A stretch of 64,000 nucleotides of DNA from assembly GCA_963783305.1 (NCBI GenBank), contig CAWAMW010000002.1, positions 1 through 64,000 on the forward strand. The letters are read 5' to 3'. The position numbers were made by a program, and so were the translations under genes. The DNA is from an uncultured Gemmatimonadales bacterium. Lineage in GTDB: Bacteria; Gemmatimonadota; Gemmatimonadetes; Longimicrobiales; RSA9. Below, piece after piece: positions 32,291 through 41,387 of the stretch. The notes below the pieces were generated by a model. The model had not been told where the DNA came from. It did not search any database and saw only the letters and a list, made by a program, of their open reading frames with translations. The first letter of the stretch is position 1. Each line of letters starts with the position of its first letter.

Positions 32291-34887
32291 CCGTCCAGCC
32301 CTGGCTCGGCCTCCAGCGCCTCGGTCTCGTCCAGATCGGCGCCAGCCGGCTCCTCCTCGGGAGTGGCGTCGGCATCAACGGTCATCACATCCTCGCCGTC
32401 CAGGTCCTCCGAGCCGTCCTCTGGCACGAGACGGGCCACGTCCACAACCTCGTCCCCGTCATCCAGGCTGATCAGACGCACGCCCTGCGTGTTCCGACCG
32501 ATGATCCGGATCTGGTCCACCGGCTGCCGGTTCACCACGCCGTGGCGGGTGATCATGACCAGCTCGTCGCCCGGCACGGTGCCCTTGATGGAAACCACCT
32601 TTCCGGTCTTCGCGGTGGTGCGAACGTTGATCACGCCCTTCCCGCCCCGGCCCTGAAGACGGTAGTGGTCCATCAGGCTGCGCTTCCCGAGACCCTTCTC
32701 CGTCACCACCAGGAGCGTCGGGTCGATGGGCTCTCCGTTCTCGTCCGCGGGCGCGTCATGACGACGGACGACCATGCCCACCACGTAGTCGTCGCCCTGG
32801 AGCCGGATCCCGCGGACACCGCGGGCGACCCGGCCGATCCGCCGGGCGTCCTTCTCCTTGAACCGGATGGCCATCCCCTCGTGCGTGGCCAGCAGCACCT
32901 CGTCCTCGCCCGAGGTGACCTGGACGTCGATCAGTTGATCATCGTCGTCGATATTGATGGCGTTGACCCCCGTCACCCGGATATGGCTGTAGTCGCTGAG
33001 CGCGCTCTTCTTCACCACGCCCTTCCGGGTGGCGAACATGAGGTTCAGGTCCTCACTGAACTCCCGCACGGGGACCACCGATGCCACCTCCTCCTCCTGC
33101 TCCACCTGGAGCAGGTTGACGATCGGCTTGCCCCGCGCGGCGCGACCCGCCTGCGGGATCTGATGGACCTTGAGCCAGTAGCAGCGGCCCTGGCGAGTGA
33201 AGACCATGAGGTAGTCGTGAGTCTGCGCCACGAACAGGTGCTCCACCCAGTCCTCGTCCTTCGTGTTCATCCCCATGAGGCCCCGGCCGCCGCGCCGCTG
33301 CGTCCGGTACGTGTCCACCGGCAGCCGCTTCACGTAGCCCGTATGCGAGATCGTCACGACCATGGGCTCGTCGGGGATCAGGTCCTCGATGCTCAGGTCA
33401 CTGGTCTCGCCCACCAGCCGAGTGCGGCGCTCATCGCCGTACTTGTCGGAGATCTCCTGCAGCTCGTCCTTGATGATCTGGTACCGGCGCGCCTCGTTGG
33501 AGAGGATGTCCTCCAGGTCCTCGATCGTGGCGAGTACCTGGTCGATTTCCTCCTGCAGCTTCTCGATCTCGAGACCGGTCAGTCGAGCGAGCCGCATGTC
33601 GAGAATGGCGCGGGCCTGGAGCTCGGATAGATCGAACTCGACCATGAGCGACCCGCGGGCTTCCTCCGTATCGCTGGAGGCCCGGATGATCTCGACCACC
33701 CGGTCGATGTGGTCCACGGCGACCTTCAGGCCCTGGAGGATATGCTCCCGGTCCTTTGCCGCCTTCAGGTCGTACTCGCTCCGCCGCACCACCACCGTAT
33801 GGCGGTGCTCGATGAAATGGCTCAGCAGCTGCTTCAGGTTCATCACCCTCGGCACGCCGTTGTCCAGTGCGAGCATGATGACGCCGAACGTCGACTGCAT
33901 CTGCGTGTGCTTGAACAGCTGGTTCAGCACGATGTACGGGATGGCGTCCCGCTTCAGCTCGATGACGACCCGCATGCCGTCGCGGTCGCTCTCATCGCGG
34001 AGGTCGCGGATCTGCGTGATCTTCTTCTCGCGCACCAGCCCCGCGATCTGCTCGATCATCCGGGACTTGTTCACCATGTACGGGATCTCGTGGACGATGA
34101 TGCGGGCGCTCCCGTCATCCTCCTCCTCGATCTCCGCGTGCGCCCGCATGATCAGCCGCCCGCGCCCCGTCTCGTACGCCTCCCGGATGCCGTCACGGCC
34201 GTGGATGAAGCCGCCGGTGGGCAGGTCCGGGCCCTGGATGTGGGTCATGAGACCGGACACGTCCATGTCGGGGTCGTCGATCAGCGCCTTCGTGGCCGCC
34301 ACCACCTCACGGAGGTTGTGGGGCGGGATGTTGGTGGCCATCCCCACGGCGATCCCGGTGGTGCCGTTGATCAGCAGGTTCGGCAGCCTCGACGGCAGGA
34401 CCCGCGGCTCCTGCCGCTGGTTGTCGAAGGTGTCGGTGAACGCGACGGTCTCCTTGTCGATGTCCGCCAGGAGCTCCTGCGCGATCGCCTGCAGCCGGGC
34501 CTCCGTGTACCGGTAGGCGGCGGCGTTGTCGCCATCGATGCTGCCGAAGTTGCCCTGCCCGTCCACCAGCGGGTAGCGCAGGCTGAACGGCTGGACCATC
34601 CGGACCATGGCGTCGTAGACCGCGGAGTCGCCGTGCGGGTGGTATTTACCCAGCACCTCACCCACCACGTTCGCGCTCTTCTTGTACGGCCGCGTCGGTC
34701 CGAGACCGATGTCGCTCATGGCGTACAGGATCCGGCGGTGCACCGGCTTCAGGCCGTCCCGCACATCGGGCAGCGCCCGCTGCACGATCACGCTCATGGA
34801 ATAGTCCAGGAAGGAGTCCCGCATCTCCTCTTCGATCAGACGCGGGAGCACTCTCTGAGTCGTACCGGGGGTCTCCGGTGTGTCCAT
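32287..34887 (-). CDS. gyrA: DNA gyrase subunit A
   Basis: [32 protein letters not shown] (catalytic Tyr), GyrA box QRRGGRG, beta-pinwheel CTD and acidic tail. Confidence 0.96.
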   Translation of the reverse strand: MDTPETPGTTQRVLPRLIEEEMRDSFLDYSMSVIVQRALPDVRDGLKPVHRRILYAMSDIGLGPTRPYKKSANVVGEVLGKYHPHGDSAVYDAMVRMVQPFSLRYPLVDGQGNFGSIDGDNAAAYRYTEARLQAIAQELLADIDKETVAFTDTFDNQRQEPRVLPSRLPNLLINGTTGIAVGMATNIPPHNLREVVAATKALIDDPDMDVSGLMTHIQGPDLPTGGFIHGRDGIREAYETGRGRLIMRAHAEIEEEDDGSARIIVHEIPYMVNKSRMIEQIAGLVREKKITQIRDLRDESDRDGMRVVIELKRDAIPYIVLNQLFKHTQMQSTFGVIMLALDNGVPRVMNLKQLLSHFIEHRHTVVVRRSEYDLKAAKDREHILQGLKVAVDHIDRVVEIIRASSDTEEARGSLMVEFDLSELQARAILDMRLARLTGLEIEKLQEEIDQVLATIEDLEDILSNEARRYQIIKDELQEISDKYGDERRTRLVGETSDLSIEDLIPDEPMVVTISHTGYVKRLPVDTYRTQRRGGRGLMGMNTKDEDWVEHLFVAQTHDYLMVFTRQGRCYWLKVHQIPQAGRAARGKPIVNLLQVEQEEEVASVVPVREFSEDLNLMFATRKGVVKKSALSDYSHIRVTGVNAINIDDDDQLIDVQVTSGEDEVLLATHEGMAIRFKEKDARRIGRVARGVRGIRLQGDDYVVGMVVRRHDAPADENGEPIDPTLLVVTEKGLGKRSLMDHYRLQGRGGKGVINVRTTAKTGKVVSIKGTVPGDELVMITRHGVVNRQPVDQIRIIGRNTQGVRLISLDDGDEVVDVARLVPEDGSEDLDGEDVMTVDADATPEEEPAGADLDETEALEAEPGLDG

Positions 34888-35172
34888 CTGCAGTCGCTTT
34901 TTCTGTTGGATCTGGATCGGAGCGGCCGAGCGGCCAAATATCCGTTGAATTTACTAGGACATCGGGTGTTTTGCGAGTCAGGGTTTGCTACCCGGGAGGG
35001 GGGCGGGTGTTTCACGTGCGCGGGTGCGCGGGTGGCTCGGCGCGCCTCGCCGGGTGAAGTGTGGCGGCGCGGTGGCGCTGCCCGGGCGGGAGCGGGCACT
35101 GACACGGTTCGGGCACGATTCTTCCCTTTCTCGCCGCCGACCGGAGTCACAACTCCCCCCAGAGGAACGCGA

Positions 35173-36018
35173 ATGCCGATCACCGACATGCTGCCGTCCG
35201 GAGGGCGCGGATGGCGCCGCTGGGCCTTCGCCGCGGCGTCGATCCTGGTCCACGCCGCGCTCCTCGCCGCGCTCGTGGTCTCCACCCAGGCGGAGGAGGA
35301 GCCGCTGGAGGACGAGGGCGAAGAGGAGGTCACGTTCGTCGACATCCGACAGTTCGCGCCCCCGCCCCCACCCGCCCCGAGCTCGGCGCCCCAGCAGCCG
35401 GACCCCACACCCACGCAGCCGCAGACGCGACCGGAGCCGACGCCACAGCGCCCGGAGCCCCGGCCCCGGACGCCACCTCGAGCGACCGACATCGTGGAGC
35501 CGGTAGACTCGATACCCGACGAGCCGCTGGGCGAGACGCCGCCCCCGGCAGCGCCGCGGATCGAGCAGTCGGTGCAGACCGGTGCGGGGGCGCCCACGAG
35601 GGCGACGGGCGCCGAGGCTGGTGGTGTCGCGGGCGGTGTGGAGGGGGGGAAGGTCGGAGGCGTGGTGGGAGGACAGGGTGAGGAGGTCCCGGAGGAGGGC
35701 GGGACGTTCATCGCGGCGGTGGTGGATCGTCAGGCGGAGCTCACCAACCGGCGCGACCTGGCGCGGCTGATGACGCGGCTCTATCCGAGCGCGCTGCAGG
35801 ACATGGGCGTGGGCGGACGGGTCGTGGTGCAGTTCGTCGTGGGCACCAACGGCAGGATCGACATGGGGACCGTGAAGATCCTCTCCGCGAGCGATGACCA
35901 GTTCGCGGAGCCAACGCGGCAGGCGCTCCGGGAGTTCCGGTTCCGCCCCGCCAGGGTGGACGACAGGAACGTCCGGATGCTGACGCAGATGCCCATTGTT
36001 TGGGAAGTGGATGGCTGA
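35173..36018 (+). CDS. tonB: Energy transducer TonB family protein
   Basis: TM helix with SxxxH (ASILVH), Pro-rich linker, GGVAGGVEGG, C-terminal YP...GRVVVQFVV...FRFRPA; ATG at 35173. Confidence 0.88.
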   Translation: MPITDMLPSGGRGWRRWAFAAASILVHAALLAALVVSTQAEEEPLEDEGEEEVTFVDIRQFAPPPPPAPSSAPQQPDPTPTQPQTRPEPTPQRPEPRPRTPPRATDIVEPVDSIPDEPLGETPPPAAPRIEQSVQTGAGAPTRATGAEAGGVAGGVEGGKVGGVVGGQGEEVPEEGGTFIAAVVDRQAELTNRRDLARLMTRLYPSALQDMGVGGRVVVQFVVGTNGRIDMGTVKILSASDDQFAEPTRQALREFRFRPARVDDRNVRMLTQMPIVWEVDG

Positions 36019-36136
36019 CGGATCGACGGACGGAGCGGCGGAGGGATCGCCGAGCCGCTGAAACGGAAGCAAGACGCGGGGAGAGCCGCCAGAGCGGCAT
36101 CGCCGGAAACGGGACCGGAATCAGGGAGCGGGGCCA

Positions 36137-36853
36137 ATGGGATTGTCACTGGGTGAAATGTGGCTGCAGATGGGGTGGTTCGTCCGCGGCATCGTGATCG
36201 TCATGATCGGGATGAGCGTGGTGACGTTGTCGGTGTCGCTGGCCAAGTGGTGGCGGCTCCGGAAGCTGGAGCGTGCGACGAAGCGATTCGAGCCGGAGTT
36301 CGCCGCCGCCCGGGAGGCGGACGACCTGGGTCGGGCGCTGCGGGTGACGGACGAGCACCCGGAATCGCATGTGGCAGCGGTGCTGGGCGAGGCGTTGCGG
36401 GAGGTCATCCCGCTGCTGAAGCGGCAGGAGCTCGCGGGGGCCGCCATCACCTCCGCGGAGCGGGCCGTGGAGAGGGAGCAGATCATGCTCTCGGCGGACC
36501 TGAAGAAGGGGCTCGGGATCCTGGCAACCATCGGCGCCACGGCGCCCTTTGTGGGGCTCCTCGGCACGGTGATCGGGATCGTGAACTCGTTCCAGGCAAT
36601 CGCCGAAAGCGGGGGCGGCGGCCTCGAGGCCGTGAGCGCCGGGATCGCCGAAGCGCTCATCGCCACCGCCATCGGCTTGCTGGCCGCGATCCCGGCGGTG
36701 TGGCTCTACAACTACTTCACCGCGCGCCTCGAGACCGTCTTCAGCCGACTCGCCTACACGGGCCGTGAGACCATCGACTGGCTCATGCGAAGGGAGGCGC
36801 TCCGCGGCGGCCTCGGCCCCACGACGCCGGACGCCACCGCCGCCGCGGGCTGA
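36137..36853 (+). CDS. exbB: MotA/TolQ/ExbB proton channel
   Basis: LATIGATAPFVGLLGTVIGI, GIAEALIATAIGL, AIPAV. Confidence 0.92.
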   Translation: MGLSLGEMWLQMGWFVRGIVIVMIGMSVVTLSVSLAKWWRLRKLERATKRFEPEFAAAREADDLGRALRVTDEHPESHVAAVLGEALREVIPLLKRQELAGAAITSAERAVEREQIMLSADLKKGLGILATIGATAPFVGLLGTVIGIVNSFQAIAESGGGGLEAVSAGIAEALIATAIGLLAAIPAVWLYNYFTARLETVFSRLAYTGRETIDWLMRREALRGGLGPTTPDATAAAG

Positions 36854-36856
36854 CCC

Positions 36857-37366
36857 ATGGCCATCAGCGCACGCACCCCCATCGCGGGCGGCGGCTCCGC
36901 GATCCCTGAGATCCCCGGGATTGCCGGGGACGGGCTGTCCGCTCAGATCAACGTGACTCCGATGATCGATGTCATGCTGGTGCTGCTGATCATTTTCATG
37001 GTGGTCACACCCATCCTGACGCAGTACGAGGCGACGCCGCCCACGGCGCTCACCGCCCGGCCGGAGCCGGATGACGACATCGTGACCCTCGGGATCGACA
37101 CGGAGGGAGCGTTCTTCGTGGAGAACGTGGCGGTGGCGGACGCCGGACTGGCGGCGCGGCTGCGGCAGGCGGTTGCGGCCCAGCCGGAGGGCGAGCGGCT
37201 GCTCTACCTGCGCGCGGACCGCGGCGTCTCGTACGCACGGGTCCTCGACGCGCTGGAGGCGGCGAGCAGCGCGGGCGTCACGACCATTGGCGCCATCACG
37301 GTGCCCCTGGAGGAAGAGACGTCGGAGGGCGCTCGGTCGGCCGCCGCCACTGGCGGGGGTCGCTGA
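36857..37366 (+). CDS. exbD: ExbD/TolR family protein
   Basis: INVTPMIDVMLVLLIIFMV, LRADRGVSY. Confidence 0.9.
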   Translation: MAISARTPIAGGGSAIPEIPGIAGDGLSAQINVTPMIDVMLVLLIIFMVVTPILTQYEATPPTALTARPEPDDDIVTLGIDTEGAFFVENVAVADAGLAARLRQAVAAQPEGERLLYLRADRGVSYARVLDALEAASSAGVTTIGAITVPLEEETSEGARSAAATGGGR

Positions 37367-37815
37367 TGGCGATGTCGTCGGGAGGGACGGGCCACGGCCC
37401 GCAGTCGGACATCAACATGACGCCAATGATCGACGTGCTGCTGGTGCTGCTGATCATCTTCCTGGTGATCCAGCCGGCGCTCCAGAAGGGCATCAAGGTG
37501 GAGGTCCCATCGGTGCGGCAGGCGGAGACGACGGAGCAGCCGGATCAGGTGGTGATGCGGGTGGGGCCCGGCCCCACCTATTTCGTGAACGGAACGCCCG
37601 TCGAGCGCGAGGAGATCGCGGCGGCGCTGGACGCGGCGCTGGAGGGCCACTCGGAGCGCGTCGTCTTCGTGAACGGGAGCGAGCAGATCACGTACGGCGA
37701 CGTGGTGCACGCCATGGACGCGGCGCGTACGGCGGAGATCGAGATGCTGGGGCTCCTGCCCAGGTCGCAGCTCCAGGAGCTGGACGACGCGGGCGCGGGC
37801 GCCCTGCCGGACTGA
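37366..37815 (+). CDS. exbD: ExbD/TolR family protein (second copy)
   Basis: INMTPMIDVLLVLLIIFLV, YGDVVHAMD. Confidence 0.9.
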   Translation: MAMSSGGTGHGPQSDINMTPMIDVLLVLLIIFLVIQPALQKGIKVEVPSVRQAETTEQPDQVVMRVGPGPTYFVNGTPVEREEIAAALDAALEGHSERVVFVNGSEQITYGDVVHAMDAARTAEIEMLGLLPRSQLQELDDAGAGALPD

Positions 37816-37907
37816 CCGCGCCGCCACGCCGGGACTGGCGCGCGCCGTCGCGATCCGCGACACTGCGGCCCAGCAGCGACCCGGTCCCCAGAACACGCGA
37901 TACGACA

Positions 37908-40298
37908 ATGAAGCGTCTCCTCCTCCTGGCCCTCTCCATGACACTGCCGGCGTGCGCCAGCACCGGCATCGGGATCCCGGTGGACCCCATGGTCCCCCCC
38001 GGCGGCATCGCGTACGACGACGACCCCGCGGAGCCCAGGCTCACCGACCTCCGGCGGCTGACCAACGCCGGCCAGAACGCCGAGGCCTACTTCAACGCCG
38101 CGGGCGACCGGCTGATCTTCCAGTCGACCATGCCCGGCGTCACCGAGTGCGACCAGCAGTTCGTCATGGACCTGGACGGCCAGAACCTGGAGAGGGTATC
38201 CACCGGCGCGGGCCGCACCACGTGCGGCTACTTCTATCAGGGGGGTGAGCGGATCGTGTACAGCTCGACCCACCGCGTTGGGGACACGTGCCCGGCCGAG
38301 CCCGACTACTCCCTGGGGTACGTCTGGGCGCTCTACGACTACGACATCTATACCGCCACCGACGACGGCGGAGATCTCACGCGCATCTTCGGATCCCCCG
38401 TGTACGACGCCGAGGCCACGCTGGCCCCGGGCGGCGAGACGATCGTGTTCACGTCGGCCCGCGACGGGGACCTGGACATCTACACCATGAAGACCGACGG
38501 CTCCGACGTGCGGAAGCTGACCGACGAGCTGGGCTACGACGGCGGCCCGTTCTTCAACGGTGATGGGACGAAGATCGTCTACCGCGCCCACCACCCCACC
38601 GACCCGGCCGCGATCGCCGACTACCAGCGGCTCCTGGGCGAGGGCCTGATCCGGCCCACCACGCTCGACATCTGGGTCATGGACGCCGACGGCTCCAACA
38701 AGACCCGGCTGACGAACAACGGCGCCGCCAACTTCGGCCCCTACTTCCACCCATCCGACGACCGGGTGATCTTCAGCAGCAACATGCACGACCCGCGCGG
38801 CCGCGATTTCGACCTCTACCTCATCGGCACCGACGGCTCGGGCCTGGAGCGCGTCACCGTGTACCCGGAGTTCGACGGGTTCCCCATGTTCAACCCCGCC
38901 GACCCCACCTCCTTCGTGTTCGCGTCCAACCGGGGCGGGAGCGTGGAGGGGGAGACCAACGTGTACATGGCCGACTGGGTGGAGGACGTTCCGCCCGTCC
39001 AGCTCACGGCCCCCGTGTACGGGGCCGGCGATCCGGCGCCCGCGGCCCACGCGGCGGCCGGCGTAACGGTGGACACCACTCGCCTCGTGACCTGTCCCGC
39101 GTTCGACCCCCAGGATCTGGGAGACGACCTCCTGGGGCACACGGGGCGCTACCTCTCCGCCGACGCGCTCGAGGGCCGGCTGGCCGGGAGCGCCGGCGCG
39201 GCGTGCGCCGCGTCCTACATCGCGTACGCATTCCGGCGGCTGGGGCTCTCGCCGGCGGGCGAGGACGGCTACTTCCAGCCGGTGCCGCTGGCGAGCGTCG
39301 CCAACCCGCACGCGCCCGGCGGGACGGGCCGCAACGTCCTCGGCATCCTGCCGGGCACGGACCGGAGCCTCCGCGACGAGTATATCGTCATCGGGGCGCA
39401 CTTCGACCACCTGGGCATGGGCGGCATGAACTCGCTGGCCGCCGGCGTCTCTGCGGTCCACAACGGCGCGGATGACAACGCAAGCGGTGTGGCCGCGCTG
39501 CTGAAGGTTGCCGAGGAGCTGGCGGTGGGGCCGAGGTCGAGCCGCCCGGTCGTGTTCATGGCGTTCACCGGCGAGGAGAGCGGGCTGCTCGGGTCGTCGC
39601 ACTGGATCAAGAACCCCACCGTGCCGCTGGAGAACGTCACGGCCATGCTGAACATGGACATGGTGGGGCGGCTGGCCGAGAACGGCCTGGTCGTCTACGG
39701 CACCGGCACCGCGGCGGAGTGGGAGCAGATCGTCGCGCCGGAGCTCGAGCGGCTGAAGGTCTGGAAGTCGAGCTACATCCCGGACGGCTACGGCGCGAGC
39801 GACCAGACCGCCTTCTACATGCGCGACATCCCGGTGCTGCACTTCTTCACGAACACCCATTCCGACTACCACCGGCCGTCGGATGACTGGGACCTCATCG
39901 ACGAGGCCGGGATCGCGACGGTCGCCGACGTGGTCGCGGCGGTGGCGCGGCGGGTGGGGAGCGACGATCGGATGGCGGTGATCCCGGACGTGGGCGCGCC
40001 GGACCCGGCCGCCGCCGCGTCCGCGAGCCCCGGCTACGGCGCCTACCTGGGCACGATCCCCGACTTCTCGCCGGTGGAGTACGGCGTTCTCCTGGGCGGC
40101 GTCCGCGAGGGCTCGCCCGCCGACCTGGCCGGGCTGGAGCGGGGAGACGTCATCGTGGCCATGGACGATACGGAGATCGCCGACCTCTACGCCCTCACGG
40201 ACGCGCTCCGCGCCCACCGCCCGGGCGACACGGTCACCCTCGAGTGGCTGCGCGGTGAGGAGCGGATGAGCGGTACGACCACGCTCGGCTCGCGCTGA
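37908..40298 (+). CDS. Lipoprotein fusing TolB-like PD40 beta-propeller, M28 metallopeptidase and PDZ domains
   Basis: MKRLLLLALSMTLPAC lipobox; repeats such as YDAEATLAPGGETIVFTS and YDGGPFF; GAHFDH, NGADDNASG, TGEESGLLGS, NMDMVGR, DYH; C-terminal LGTIPD...GSPA..AGL..GDVI. Confidence 0.88.
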   Translation: MKRLLLLALSMTLPACASTGIGIPVDPMVPPGGIAYDDDPAEPRLTDLRRLTNAGQNAEAYFNAAGDRLIFQSTMPGVTECDQQFVMDLDGQNLERVSTGAGRTTCGYFYQGGERIVYSSTHRVGDTCPAEPDYSLGYVWALYDYDIYTATDDGGDLTRIFGSPVYDAEATLAPGGETIVFTSARDGDLDIYTMKTDGSDVRKLTDELGYDGGPFFNGDGTKIVYRAHHPTDPAAIADYQRLLGEGLIRPTTLDIWVMDADGSNKTRLTNNGAANFGPYFHPSDDRVIFSSNMHDPRGRDFDLYLIGTDGSGLERVTVYPEFDGFPMFNPADPTSFVFASNRGGSVEGETNVYMADWVEDVPPVQLTAPVYGAGDPAPAAHAAAGVTVDTTRLVTCPAFDPQDLGDDLLGHTGRYLSADALEGRLAGSAGAACAASYIAYAFRRLGLSPAGEDGYFQPVPLASVANPHAPGGTGRNVLGILPGTDRSLRDEYIVIGAHFDHLGMGGMNSLAAGVSAVHNGADDNASGVAALLKVAEELAVGPRSSRPVVFMAFTGEESGLLGSSHWIKNPTVPLENVTAMLNMDMVGRLAENGLVVYGTGTAAEWEQIVAPELERLKVWKSSYIPDGYGASDQTAFYMRDIPVLHFFTNTHSDYHRPSDDWDLIDEAGIATVADVVAAVARRVGSDDRMAVIPDVGAPDPAAAASASPGYGAYLGTIPDFSPVEYGVLLGGVREGSPADLAGLERGDVIVAMDDTEIADLYALTDALRAHRPGDTVTLEWLRGEERMSGTTTLGSR

Positions 40299-40327
40299 CC
40301 GGCCGGGCACCGCCCGCCCCACCGCAC

Positions 40328-40357
40328 GAGGGGAGCCGCGCCGGCGCGGCTCCCCTC
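40328..40357. terminator. Perfect 30-bp palindrome between convergent genes; probable bidirectional terminator
   Basis: GAGGGGAGCCGCGCC|GGCGCGGCTCCCCTC. Confidence 0.6.
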
Positions 40358-41374
40358 TTACGCGATGGCGACGAAGTCCCTCATCTCCACCAGCCCCTGA
40401 CGGCGGCACTCCGCACGGATCTCCTCCCGCGCCCCCGGCTGCCCCACGGCGGCCAGGATGAGAGGGGAGTCCGGCCCCTCGATCAAAGCCGCCATTTGGC
40501 TCGGCGCCGCCACGGGAGCGCCGTGGATCTCCTGGCCGATGCGGTTCGGCGAGGCGTCGACGAACGCGGCGATTCGGGTGCCGGCGGCGGCGAGCGCACG
40601 GGCGAACGTCTTGCCGACGGGACCGGCGCCCACGATCACCGCTGGCCGACCCGCGGCGAGGAGCGTGCGTCGCAGGAAGAAGATCTTGATCCTCCGGAAC
40701 TCGGCGGGGTCGTAGCGCGCGTCCGTACGGGAGGCGCGGTCGGGGCTCTCCCGCCACTGGAGCAGCGTCTCGGGGACCTTGGTCATGCGGTATCCGGCGG
40801 CCCAGAGCCGGAGCACGACATCATAGTCCTCGGGCCAGCCGAGCTCACGGTACCCGCCGATCGCCAGCAGAACGTTCCTGCGGATCACGAGGGTGGGGTG
40901 CGGGATGGGGCACTCGACGAAGATGTCCCGGGCGATCTCGTCGTGGTCGACCAGCCCGTTCACCCAATGCTCGTAGCGTCGGGCGCCCGCGCGGACCTGG
41001 TCGGCCGGGAAGTAGCGGACCCTGGTGCCGCAGGCGGCGAGCGCGGGGTCGGCGTCCAGGAGCGCCACCTGCTTCTGCAGGCGGTCGGGGGCGGCGATGT
41101 CGTCGGCATCCATGCGGGCGATGATCTCGCCGCGGGCGCTGGCGAGCCCGGTGGCCAGCGCGGCCACGAGGCCGCGGCCGGGGGTCCGGAGCACGCGGAC
41201 CCGGGCGTCTAGCCGGGCCCACGTGTGGAGCAGGCCGAACGTATCGTCCCTGGAGCCATCGTCGACGGCCACCACCTCGAAGTCCGCGAACGTCTGCTCG
41301 CGGATCGAGGCGATGGCCGCTTCGAGATGCAGGGCCGCGTCGCGACACGGCATCAGCACGGTTACCCGGCTCAC
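40358..41374 (-). CDS. Glycosyltransferase family 2
   Basis: VTVLMPCRD, VDDGSRD, ARMDADD, HPT, EDY; C-terminal Rossmann-like GAGPVG. Confidence 0.9.
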   Translation of the reverse strand: MSRVTVLMPCRDAALHLEAAIASIREQTFADFEVVAVDDGSRDDTFGLLHTWARLDARVRVLRTPGRGLVAALATGLASARGEIIARMDADDIAAPDRLQKQVALLDADPALAACGTRVRYFPADQVRAGARRYEHWVNGLVDHDEIARDIFVECPIPHPTLVIRRNVLLAIGGYRELGWPEDYDVVLRLWAAGYRMTKVPETLLQWRESPDRASRTDARYDPAEFRRIKIFFLRRTLLAAGRPAVIVGAGPVGKTFARALAAAGTRIAAFVDASPNRIGQEIHGAPVAAPSQMAALIEGPDSPLILAAVGQPGAREEIRAECRRQGLVEMRDFVAIA

Positions 41375-41387
41375 GCCGGTCGCCTTC

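Noticed and set aside
33709..35172. N-terminal extension of the 769-aa ORF ending in TonB (and of ORF 37173-40298)
   Set aside because: The extensions overlap gyrA or the exbD genes; real starts are better placed at 35173 and 37908, where TM or signal sequences begin.
37578..40757. 1059-aa minus-strand ORF and similar long overlapping ORFs (22869-25022, 45127-47364, 58094-59764)
   Set aside because: Shadow frames opposite well-supported genes; Arg/Gly/Pro-rich with no domain signatures.
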